DNA of 57,005 bases, from assembly GCA_002269645.1 (NCBI GenBank), contig NIVC01000602.1, positions 1 to 57,005 on the forward strand. The letters run 5' to 3'. The stretch is from Macrostomum lignano. Lineage: Eukaryota. Under the pieces are notes generated by a model. It was not told the DNA's origin. It was given only the letters and a program-made list of their open reading frames with translations, and searched no databases. Positions 11,794 to 23,000 of this stretch are shown piece after piece; the first letter of the stretch is position 1, and each line of letters opens with the position of its first letter. A program made the position numbers and the translations under genes.

Positions 11794-12409
11794 TCAAAGG
11801 AAGCCGCCAGTCAAAGGCAGCCGTGCGGCAAGCAGCGCCGCCGTCAGCAGAGCGCCGCGCCAGGACGGCGCCAGAGCTGGCGGCGCCCGGCTCAGCACGC
11901 GATCCGGCCGGCCCAGAGCGTCAGGGGCGGCGGTCAGAAACACGGTGCGCTGAGTCTGCGACTCGCCAACCCGCGACAGCGCTTTGATCTCGGCCTCGTA
12001 CCAGGTACTGGCCTCCAGATCGGTGACTCGGTACTCGCTCAGGTACGGATTGTAGAACGGCGGCCGGTAGAGAATCCAGCCGCCCTTGTAGCCGGTGATG
12101 GCCCGCCTGGCCGGGTCGTAGAACACCGGCCGGACGCGGATCTCGTAGCCCACCAGGGGGTCTCCGCCGTTGACCGGCACCTTCCAGCGCAGCGTTTGGC
12201 TGTACGGGTAGGTGCTGCGGTTCGACGACAGGAAGATCACGGGATCGGGCGAGCCTCGGTCCTTGGTTCGAATCTGCAACGGTAGCTGCATGTTGTCGGC
12301 CGTGACGCCTACAGCATTTCTGGCCCTGACCCGGATGCTGTAGTCCGTGCTGGGCATCAGGCCGTGGATTGTGATGTCGGAGTTCAGGGCGAACTGCACC
12401 GGTCCGTAC
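11794..12409 (-). CDS. ncam: NCAM-like exon 6 (FN3-1, FN3-2, GPI-type signal)
   Basis: Acceptor tatccag|G TAC GGA; ends WRGALLTAALLAARLPLTGGFL* with no cytoplasmic tail. Confidence 0.9.
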
Positions 12410-13588
12410 CTGGATAACAGGGGGGGATTCTGGCTGTTAAATTAGGAATTTGGCCAGGGAATCTCGAAAATTTGGATTTTGAATAACAAATTCTGAAAAA
12501 GGAGATTAAATTATAATTGAATATTTAGGAATTCCCAGGTCTAATTCTGGCATTCGGGAATTCCCAGGTCTAATTCTGGCATTCAGGAATTCCCAGGTCT
12601 AATTCTGGTATTTGGGAATTCCCAGGTCTAATTCTGGTATTTGGGAATTCCCAGGTCTAATTCTGGTATTTGGGAATTCCCAAGTCTAATTCTGCAATTC
12701 GGGAATTCCCAGGTCTAATTCTGGCATTCAGGAATTTCCAGGTCTAATTCTGGTATTTGGGAATTCCCAGGTCTAATTCTGGTATTTGGGAATTCCCAGG
12801 TCTAATTCTGGTATTTGGGAATTCCCAGGTCTAATTCTGGTATTTGGGAATTCCCAAGTCTAATTCTGCAATTCGGGAATTCCCAGGTCTAATTCTGGCA
12901 TTCAGGAATTCCCAGGTCTAATTCTGGTATTTGGGAATTCCCAGGTCTAATTCTGGTATTTGGGAATTCCCAGGTCTAATTCTGGTATTTGGGAATTCCC
13001 AGGTCTAATTCTGGTATTTGGGAATTCCCAAGTCTAATTCTGCAATTCGGGAATTCCCAGATCTAATTCTGGTATTTGGGATTTCCCAGGTGTAATTCTG
13101 GAATTTGGGAATTCCCAGGTCTACTTTCGACAGCAGAGATTCAAACAGCCAGACACACACCAGGGGAGGGGAGGGCGGCAACGCCAGCTTACCAAGTCAG
13201 CTGTCCGCTGAGGGCGCTGTAAGTTAGCTCATAGTACCAGAGATGCATCCCACCGTCCTCCGCTGGCGGCTGCACGTCCAGCTGGACGCTGCTGGCGGTG
13301 GTGGACACTACGGTGACCCGGGGCGGGCCTGGCACCGAGGCCTTGTAGAACATCATTTCGTGCCTGCCGCTCCCTATGCGGTTGCTGGCGTTGCAGATGT
13401 ACCGGTCGAATACCCAGCGCTCGATGCCGTAGTCAGGGTACACCTTGGCGGATCGGGCGGGCGGGGCGGCGAAATTGGGGCTCGCTGAGACTCAAAAGCG
13501 GACAGAAAGAAAGCAGACTGGCAGCTTACCAGATGGCCAGACACAGACAGATAGACAGACAGACAGACAGACCGACAGACAGACAGGC

Positions 13589-13628
<40 letters not shown>

Positions 13629-16600
13629 GGACAGACAGACAGACAGAAAGACAGACAGACACTAAGACAGACAGACACTAAGACAGGAAGACAGACAGAC
13701 AGACAGACAGACAGACACACAGACAGACAGACAGACAGACAGAAAGACAGACAGACAGACAGACACAGACAGACAGACAGACAGACAGGCAGACAGGCAG
13801 GTAGACAGAAGACCATAAAACAGAAGCGGGGAATCCAGCAGCATACCTGCAGCCAGCTCTGTGAGTAGATCTCATAATCCCAGGTGAAGATCCGGTAGGT
13901 GCCATTGTCAGTGTACGGTGGAATCTCGGCGAACTGGCGGTACCAGCGCCACTGCGGGTGCGGCAGGCCGTAGCTGATGCAGGTGATGTTGGTGACATTG
14001 CGCAGCCAGCCGTACATCATGCTCACATTGTTGGAGGTGAGGTTGGGCTGCATCAGCACCATCACAGTGCCATTCAGGGTGCTGTTCCAGGCTGGGTTCA
14101 CCGCCATGCAGGTGTAGTTCCAGCTGTCCAGGTACACCGTGCGCTTGATCTCCAGGTGCAGCCGGTGCACCCGGCCGTCCACGGGGTCCTGACTGCGGCG
14201 GATCTGTCATTTAAAGAAATATTATTGGGCAAGTTGTTTCTTATTTTTTGCGTGTTGTTCATCTTCTGGTCCGATATGGCTGCTCCTTCTCAGTGTCCTT
14301 TCATTACCTGTGGCTTCTTCTCCTCTAACCGTCTACTCTCCCTAACCTCCCTCCTGCCTTCTCCCTACACTCTCTTCCCCTCACCACCCTCCCTTCCCCT
14401 CCCCGCCCTCTCTTCCCCTCCCCGCCCTGTCTTCCCCTCCCCGCCCTGTCTTCGCCTCTTTACCCTCTTCCCCTCCCCGCCCTCTCTTCCCCTCCCCGCC
14501 CTGTCTTCCCCTCCTCGCCCTTTCTTCCCCTCCCCGCCCTGTCTTCGCCTCTTTACCCTCTTCCCCTCCCCGCCCTCTCTTCCCCTCCCCGCCCTGTCTT
14601 CCCCTCCCCGCCGTCTTCGCCTCTTTACCCTCTTCCCCTCCCCGCCCTCTCTTCCCCTCCCCGCCCTCTCTTCCCCTCCCCGCCCTCTCTTCCCCTCCCC
14701 GCCCTCTCTTCCCCTCCCCGCCCTCTCTTCCCCTCCCCGCCCTGTCTTCGCCTCTTTACCCTCTTCCCCTCCCCGCCCTCTCTTCCCCTCCCCGCCCTGT
14801 CTTCCCCTCCCCGCCGTCTTCGCCTCTTTACCCTCTTCCCCTCCCCGCCCTCTCTTCCCCTCCCCGCCCTCTCTTCCCCTCCCCGCCCTCTTCCCCTCCC
14901 CGCCCTCTCTTCCCCTCCCCGCCCTCTTCCCCTCCCCGCCCTCTCTTCCCCTCCCCGCCCTCTTCCCCTCCCCGCCCTCTTCCCCTCCCCGCCCTGTCTT
15001 CCCCTCCCCGCCCTATCCACGCAGCCTGAGCAGCCGGTGCACTCACACTGATCCTGCTGTCATCAGGCTGGGGGCCCATCACATACGGCGCGTAGGTGCC
15101 GTACTTCTGGAACTGCAGGTCCAGCGGGCTGGTGGCGTACACCTCGCACACCAGCTCCACAGTATCGCCGAGCCGGACCTCCCGGTTCATCATGGCCTGG
15201 TAGTTGCGAAACTGCGGTATCAGATGCACGACAACGTCGATCTCGGCCTCGGTGTACATGTCGGCAGTGATCTCCCTGATGACATCGGAGGTCACCACGG
15301 CCCGGCAGATGTAGGTGTCGTCGTCTTTGAGGAATTCCGCCATAGCGATACGGAGTTCGCCAACGTTGGCCCGGGTGTCCACGAAGTACTTGTTGGTGCC
15401 GTACAGGTGAAGGGGCCGGTTGCGGTCCTGCGCTCGATACCAGATCACCTGGGCAGGGAGTAGCACGGGGAGAAGGCAGTGCATGACTGACAGGTATTGG
15501 CAGCATTGGAGTGCTCTGACGAGAGTGACAGTAAAGAATTGACTACAAGAGTGACAGGCAGTGACAATAGAATACAGTAGTGACAGGCAGTGGCAATCCA
15601 GGAGTGACTGACAGGCAGTGACAATCCAGGAGTGACTAACAGGCAGTGACAATCCAGGAGTGACTGACAGGCAGTGACAATTCAGGAGTGAGTGACAGGC
15701 AGTGACAATTCAGGGAGTGAGTGACAGGCAGTGACAATTCAGGAGTGAGTGACAGGCAGTGACAATTCAGGGAGTGACTGACAGGCAGTGACAATTCAGG
15801 AGTGAGTGATAGGCAGTGACAATTCAGGAGTGAGTGACAGGCAGTGACAATTCAGGAGTGAGTGACAGGCAGTGACAATTCAGGAGTGACAATTCAGGGA
15901 GTGACTGACAGACAGTGACAATCCAGGAGTGACTGACACACAGACAGTGACAATCCAGGAGTGACTGACACACAGACAGTGACAATCCAGGAGTGACTGA
16001 CACACAGACAGTGACAATCCAGGAGTGACTGACACACAGACAGTGACAATCCAGGAGTGACTGACACACAGACAGTGACAATCCAGGAGTGACTGACACA
16101 CAGACAGTGACAATCCAGGAGTGACTGACACACAGACAGTGACAATCCAGGAGTGACTGACACACAGACAGTGACAATCCAGGAGTGACTGACACACAGA
16201 CAGTGACAATCCAGGAGTGACTGACACACAGGTAGTGACAATCCAGGAGTGACAGGCGCAGTGAGTCCCTCACCTGAGGCACTGGAGTGCCAGTGGCCAT
16301 GCACTTGAGATAGCAATCCATGCCGTTGATGCAGGCAGCGGGGTACTTAATCACGGGTCCGTAGGTAATTTCAGGCTTGTGAAACACTCGCACCACAATG
16401 TTGACATCCATGAAATCCGAGCCCGTGCTGCGGGCCTGGCAGACGTAGGTGCCCTGGTCAGATGATAGAGAGGGGCTGATGATGAGGCCCTGCAGCGGGT
16501 TGATGGTGTACCGGCCGCCAGTCCTGATTGGCTGGCTGTTGAAGAACCAAGCCACGCTGATGTCGCTGCCCTTGAACGAGCAGAATATGGTGCTGGTCTT

Positions 16601-16847
16601 GTTAAACGGGATCCACTGCTCGGTTGGCGCGTAATTGATCTCAATGCGCTGGATGATGCGCACGTTGATATAGTCCTCGCTGACCACCTCGGGCGGGTTC
16701 ACCAGCTGGTTCATGTACCTGCAGTAGTATCTGCGGGCCAAGGCGAGGCCGAAGTTGCAGGGCGAAGTGAAGGGTGGCGAGAGGAGAGAGCGGGAGGAAC
16801 AGAGACAGTCATAAGATGAGGCAGGAGGGTGAAGAGTGAGTGAGATA

Positions 16848-16892
<45 letters not shown>

Positions 16893-17322
16893 AAAAATAC
16901 ATAGGAGACATATGAGAAATAAAAGGTACAGATGAGAGACATGGGGGGGGGCCAATCACGCCAGACAATGCAACGCACCTGCCCTGATCGTCATCTTTGA
17001 AGTTGTTAACGAATATCATGAGCACTCGGGGATCGCTGGTGTCCCGCTTGATGTAGACCTGCTTATTCATGTCCTGGTTGGACACGGGGGTGTAGTAGTT
17101 TCGCGGATGGTACCAGAATAGGGTGAGGCTGGTCTCAGTGCTGACAGGCCGGCAGGACAGGGAGATGCTGCGGTCCCGGTCAACATAGATCGTATCGCCG
17201 TCGGCAGGCTTGTTCGAGATCACCACACCGGCTGCAGACTGGGCAGGCCGCGGTGCCACTAGCAGGTGGAGAGCAGCTACCAGGGCGTGGACTGCCAATT
17301 GGCTGCTGTGGTGCAGCTTCAT
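11794..17322 (-). CDS. ncam: NCAM/Fasciclin-II-like cell adhesion molecule: signal peptide, 5 Ig, 2 FN3, GPI-type hydrophobic C-terminus; 6 exons, 808 aa
   Basis: complement(join(16979-17322, 16274-16730, 15047-15448, 13847-14203, 13193-13443, 11794-12409)) = 2427 nt. All junctions are GT-AG with matching phases (2,0,0,0,2). Five Ig Cys pairs (LSC..YYC, IFC..YVC, LKC..YIC, LVC..YTC, ITC..YIC). Two FN3 domains (VPGPP..YSIRVRARNAVG; PDP..YEAEIKALSRVG). The 5 Ig + 2 FN3 order is the NCAM/Fas2 architecture. Confidence 0.9.
12525..13125. repeat. 29-bp minisatellite (~21 copies) filling NCAM-like intron 5
   Basis: Unit gggaattcccaggtctaattctggtattt; contains the palindrome GGGAATTCCC. Confidence 0.95.
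13193..13443 (-). CDS. ncam: NCAM-like exon 5 (end of Ig5, start of FN3-1)
   Basis: Acceptor ccaag|GTG TAC CCT; donor TG|GTAAGC. Confidence 0.9.
13545..13805. repeat. (GACA)n microsatellite in NCAM-like intron 4
   Basis: Direct reading. Confidence 0.95.
13847..14203 (-). CDS. ncam: NCAM-like exon 4 (Ig4, start of Ig5)
   Basis: Acceptor gacag|ATC CGC (an alternative in-frame AG lies 15 nt further in); donor CAG|GTATGC. Confidence 0.85.
14380..15015. repeat. ~17-bp C/T-rich repeat in NCAM-like intron 3
   Basis: Unit ctcttcccctccccgcc(ct). It is G-rich on the transcribed strand. Confidence 0.9.
15047..15448 (-). CDS. ncam: NCAM-like exon 3 (Ig3, start of Ig4)
   Basis: Acceptor cccag|GTG ATC TGG; donor AGT|GTGAGT. 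Confidence 0.9.
15545..16255. repeat. 28-32-bp minisatellite in NCAM-like intron 2
   Basis: Units ggcagtgacaattcaggagtgagtgaca (~28-29 bp) grade into gacagtgacaatccaggagtgactgacacaca (32 bp). Confidence 0.95.
16274..16730 (-). CDS. ncam: NCAM-like exon 2 (end of Ig1, Ig2, start of Ig3)
   Basis: Acceptor ccgcag|A TAC TAC TGC; donor CAG|GTGAGG. Confidence 0.9.
16853..16887. repeat. (GA)n microsatellite in NCAM-like intron 1
   Basis: Direct reading. Confidence 0.9.
16979..17322 (-). CDS. ncam: NCAM-like exon 1 (signal peptide + most of Ig1)
   Basis: ATG at 17322 (MKLHHSSQLAVHALVAALHLLVAP); donor AG|GTGCGT after 16979. Confidence 0.85.
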
Positions 17323-17399
17323 AGGCGAGCAGTTGGCTGCCAGTGCAAGGTTTGCGCATTCTGGATAGCAGAAGTCCTGGAGTTTGCCTACTCATCTAG

Positions 17400-20300
17400 C
17401 AGCAAATGCCCTAGCAACCAAATATTGCCTTGTATACAAAAAATTAACCCCATTAGTTGACTACCTTTTGGCTAATTTACATATTTAACAATTTGAACAA
17501 ACTCAATCAATTAAAAAAGAGTTTTAAATAAAATTTATAACTTCTCATTTTTTAGGTACAACCATTGCATGCACAAACTCTTTTTTATTCCAAAGTTTAT
17601 TGAAGAAAAATTTTTAGACGAAGTGATTTATATGAGAACCTTAAGCCTAGCCACTCTAAACTCTACTCTATTAGAAGTTTTACAAATCCAGTTCTAAGCT
17701 ATTGTCAGGGTATACACAAACTAAAGAATGACCTTGGTATAAATGCAATATGAATCCTTATATGAAGTTAATATTTGATACAACTACATTTAGATTCTAT
17801 ATTAATAGTATATAGCTTATGATATATATGTTTTATATATCAGTATTATATATTCTAGATTTATCAGGCATATTATTGGCATTGCAAGGGTATAAATTAT
17901 ATATTTAATCTATTTAGAATGAACTAGCACATAAAGCCCCCATGGGGCATTCGAATCCAAAATTATAACATTGAAAGTATTAAAAAAACATTGTTTTTAA
18001 AATATTTGACACACTTTCAAATCAATTTTTTCATTGTTTGAAGTTTTACAGAAACATTATAAGCCCCATGGTGCACATTTAAATTAAAAATTCAAGTACT
18101 GAAAGCATAAACAACATTGTTTTTTGAATATTTGACCCATTTCCAATTGTGGTGTAAGTTTTATATACCAATTTGCCAAATTAATATGAATTAATTGGGC
18201 TCATTAAATACTACTAACAACTGCAACTATGTCAACCTCTAGGTCTATATTGTAAAATAACACAAATGATATTAGAGCAAATTAGAAGGTTGATAAAAAG
18301 GCTTCGCATATTGCATTTCAGCCTTTTCAGGCCAGCTTTAAAACCCCTTGCTCTCTTTCATCAATTGTCTATCACATTGGTTGGTAAACAATAAAATTGA
18401 ATTAACACTGCAATTAAATTATGAACCTGCTGCACCAAAGGTCATAAAAATCCTTATCTTTATTGTGAATACACACTCTTCTACACTGTACATTGACCAA
18501 TTAGATAATTAAATAGAGCACCCATTAGAAGCTTTAAAAATGTTTCATAAATATTTGACACCCTTCCCATTTGATTTTTTTATAAATGAAAAAAAGTTAT
18601 GCATGATAGGCAAAATTTAAAATTTTTAAAGCTTATTTAAGATAAATTGGTCAGATAGTTCTTGAAAAAATCAATGCCAGACAGACTTACTTACAAACAG
18701 CACAAAATTAGCATGTAGCAAGTTATCATATAGTAGATTTTATAATTTAAAAAATGAAACTAATAATAAGACTAATATATTGCGCCTGATTAGGAAAAAA
18801 TTTTTTATATTTATTACGTAATTATTATATTTAAAAATTGTTTCTTTTGCTATATACTAAGTTGATATAATTTTTAAGTTCAAACATATTCTTTGAATAT
18901 ACATGGCATAAATACAAAGAAAGCTAAAATTGTCTTTGTGCCAGTTTAGCATAATCTTTCATGTATATTACAGGATAGCAAACTCTGGCCTATAGGAAAT
19001 ATATAGCTAGCAAAGTATAATAAACAAATGCCAACAAAAATATATAACAAATTTTTCTTTGTTTTTTACATTTTTAAAAACAAAATGTACTACTTGTGGG
19101 AAACCCAAAATCTATAGAAGAGGCTTTAATTGGAGCTAGTCTTGGTAGCTTATTTACCAAAAGCAAGTCTCCTATCAGTTAAGCCCCCATTCTAAGCCTC
19201 CTATAGGGCTGTGAGCCTCAAGGCTTTTTCACTACCCAGCTCTAAACAATATTGGAGATTTCTAAAAGTGGTCCAAGAGTGGAAAATCTTAGTCTATAGA
19301 AAAGGCTTATTTATTGGAGCAAGTCTAGAAGCTTATTGTGATAAGCAAGTCTCCTATTAGGAGCTTGCAAGGATTAGGCTCCTATAAGGCTGTAAGCCTC
19401 AAGGCTTTTTCATTATCTAGCTCTAAAGGCCTAAGCCAAAGGGTTGGAAAAGAGCACAAAGAGCAAAAGGAACCCAGACTTAGCTAGTATTTCCCAATTT
19501 AGGATGAACTCTTCCCCAAGACACCAATCCACTATCAAAGATGAGAGCCAAGATACAATAAACAAGGAGACTATTAGAGGAGCCAGCAGATAGACCAAGG
19601 CTAGGATAGAAAAACACTTACCAAGGCTAAGATAGAAACATACTTACCAAGGCAAGATCTATCAACTCTGAATTATTGGGTGGCTCAAATGTCAGATAGA
19701 ACCATGGAATAAAACACTAGGATAAAACTATAAAGGATCACATAAGTGACATAACCTTAAGGGCTTAGCCTCAAGGCTGGTATCAACTGGGCTCTAATGT
19801 ACATTTTTGTGAATGGTTATCTTTCCTGCAAGGTAGATACAACTAGGGGGCTCAAGTCTCATTCTAGCTATACTATTGTAGAGTATTAGCTTGTATATCT
19901 CCCACATAAGTAAAATAAGTCAATCGTAGGATGCTACTATAATTAAGCTATTGCATGCATACACACCTAAAAGATGATTCATGTTACTTTTTTTAGCAGA
20001 TAAATCATGTTACTAATTTTAGCAACCAACCAATCACGTGTGACCTACAATTGTCAGTTTAAAACCCATCTGCAATTCATCATTGGTCACGTGCAACCTA
20101 CATTTGTCAGTTCAAACCCCACCTACAATTCATCATTGGCTTGAACTCAGATGAACCCATCAAAGTATCTAAAAAAAGCTCAGCTACAGTAATCAATCAT
20201 GCACACTTACACTAGACTAGTTGCTTAACTTTCCATCCTGTTATGCTTGACAACAACCAAAGTGTGACCTTTTGACATTTGTGAAAAAGGTGATAAATGA

Positions 20301-23000
20301 CCTCACAAGGGGTCTGTTTCTTTATAAATACAAGTGGTCCAAAGCTGACCCAGAGCCAACTTCCGATGAGAGAAGTTCCAAAGAGGAAGCCTTAGGAGGA
20401 GCGATACAACAATCACCAAGTCAATTGAGACTCAGTCGAGTTGTTGTAGTAAGCCTTTCTCATTTGCGCCAGTTGTTATTGAGTCAACTCACTATTGTTA
20501 TAGTGTTAGAGTGTATTGAGACTCTTAAGTCCATTTGAGACTCCTTTGGTTGTAGTTGCCCAAAGGACTACCCTAGATCTTAGAAGATCTAAATAGAGAT
20601 TACCGGAGCATTACCTAGAGTGCATAGAGGCACTACTAGAAGGAGAAGGCTAAGGAGAAACCGCTATTTGGTGCAAGGTACCCATTGTTTGATACAAGGC
20701 CTCTGATTGGTCCTGATAGCAGATACCAGCCGGAAGTAGCTTCATCGGAAATACAAGAAGAACCAAGACAACAGGAGAACCAAGGCGCTTAATCTATGAG
20801 ATCATAGAGAGATCCAAGCAAGATCTATAAGAGAACTCCTGAAGAGATATCTCCAATCAATGTCAAGATAAGAAATACCCTTATCTGATAACTGGGTTGC
20901 CTAGCAAGGTAGCTAGAAGTGATTGTTCCTTGATTACAATAAAAGGACTAGTAATAAGGAATATATCACTATAGTCCAGATTCCAACTCATTCCAAGTAC
21001 ACCCTCTTTAAACCAAGGCAGGGCCAAAACATTAGAGAAAATTTAAGGTCTATTTTTAGATTTGAAAAATCTAAGCCTTTTAGTATTAGATTTCACAAGG
21101 ACATTTAGGAATTAAGCTACCCAAGAGCCAAGACAATTGGATTGCAAAAAACCTAAGAAATGCTACTAGAAGGTAGCCAGGGTAAAAACAGTCAAAGACC
21201 ATCTTTATGGCTTTTAAAACTTTATAGTAACAATCTAGTCTACTTTAGAAAGGCTAGTCCCTTTTCTTTTCTAAGCTTTTTTTAATTTACCTTTTTATCT
21301 CTTTTCCTTTTCTCTCTTCCTTTTCCTACTTTTCGTCTTTTCTTATTTTTATTTTTATATAATTTCTTTATTCTTTGCTTTATTTCCTTCTCTATTTCCA
21401 GTCTTCTTTTCTTTCTTTTGATTTGTAGTCATGCACTATATTTTCTTGGTCATTATTAAGATAAAATTTTACCAACTTATTTAATACTATGCAATGCATG
21501 TTTATAGTAGCCATAGTCCAAAGATAAGATAGGCCTATAGCATTTAGATTTCAAACACAAAAATTAAGTAGATTTTATAAGAGCTAGCCTACACCCAATG
21601 TTGGGCACAGGTCTGATACTCCGATACTCCAATAGTATTGCCAATACCACTTGAGTATCAGAGTATTGGACCTCGTTACTTTTTTCTCAATATTGGACCT
21701 TGGTATTGCCAATACATTTTCTTAAGTCTAATAATCCGATACATTTAATCAAACTAATAGTAATAAATTTGACTAAAAAGCCTAGAAAGAAAGAAAAAAT
21801 TAAGAAAGAAAGAAAAAATAAAGAAAGAAAAAATAAAGAAAGAAAATAAAAGAAAATACTAGAAAGAAAGATATAATGAAAGTTCTCTGTGCTCTGTGCT
21901 AAGCGCGCTCCACTGACCAATTTGACCCTCATGATAAGGCTAGTACTTCTCCAAGGCAATCAGCATATCTTGCTTGAGCCACTCTGAATTGAATTCTGAA
22001 ATTATATTAGCTATTAGGCAAGTAGGTTCCTGTTAAATTGTTCATAAATGTAATTTAGTGAAAGTCAAGTAATACCTAATTTCTAACTAATGAGTTGGAA
22101 TTTTTATACATCATGCGCATTATTATTTTTGTATTATCTATCATGTAGTCTTTTCATCTTAATGTACTATGTAGGTGCAAATGCAAATATAAATATAATG
22201 AAAATTTATAACAATATTTTTCCCATTTAATCTTCTTCTCTGGTCAGCCACTTTTCACTAGAGTTTTAAATGTCTAAAAATTAAGTAGCTAAGAGCTTTT
22301 TCTTTATTTTTGGCTTGTTAGATAAAGAAAAGTGAGAAAACATGAAAAAATGATGTATTGGACCAAGTATCGGAATAAAGTATCGCGCAATACTCAAATT
22401 TTGGTATTGGACCAACAAATATTGCCAATACACAATACCTTTTAGAGTATTGGTATCGGAGTATCGCTTTAAAACAATACTTTTTTTAAATATTGCGCTC
22501 AACACTGCCTATGCCTATGTTTTAAATATACTATATCATTTTTACACAAATAAACAAATCTAGTTAGACCTAAAGTAGAAATAATTCTTTAAATAAAGCA
22601 GACAAGATAGTGTTATCAACCTCTATCAATGCTTTATAGAAAGATAGATAGCTTATCTAATCTAGAGTAGATTACTAACTAACAGTAGACTTAGATCTTA
22701 AAATCTATGTGCATTTAATGTAGTTTTTGGCCCCAACACCATCAAAGTTAAAATTACAAAATAGCCTATATCAATATTAGAATGGAAAGTTATGGTATAT
22801 TTTGGGTTAAATATAGCATAGGCCTATATAAAATCTATTCTAAGTCGAAGACAAGTTTAGCATATACAAAGCAAAGGCAAATCAACATTATAGACAAATT
22901 TTCTGATATCTGACATATACAGAGATTTATTATAGTTCATAAGTTAGAATCCAAAAAGCAATAAATACTTGCGTTTCGTTGTAGTGGTTAGTGGTAAATG
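17400..23000. other. AT-rich, strongly CpG-depleted island, probably decayed and hypermutated repeat or transposon remnants
   Basis: By eye there is no CG between ~18850 and ~19920 and very few elsewhere, with abundant CTAG/TAG/CTA. Internal diverged duplications occur at 17930-18150 and 19110-19430. The flanking exons are CpG-rich. Confidence 0.7.
21596..22507. mobile_element. Degenerate non-autonomous DNA transposon (MITE-like), ~910 bp
   Basis: Left end caatgttgggcaca versus reverse complement of the right end cagtgttgagcgca (11/14 identical). Both subterminal regions are built from (c)aatac/gtattg/gtatcgg motifs. No clear target-site duplication. Confidence 0.4.
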
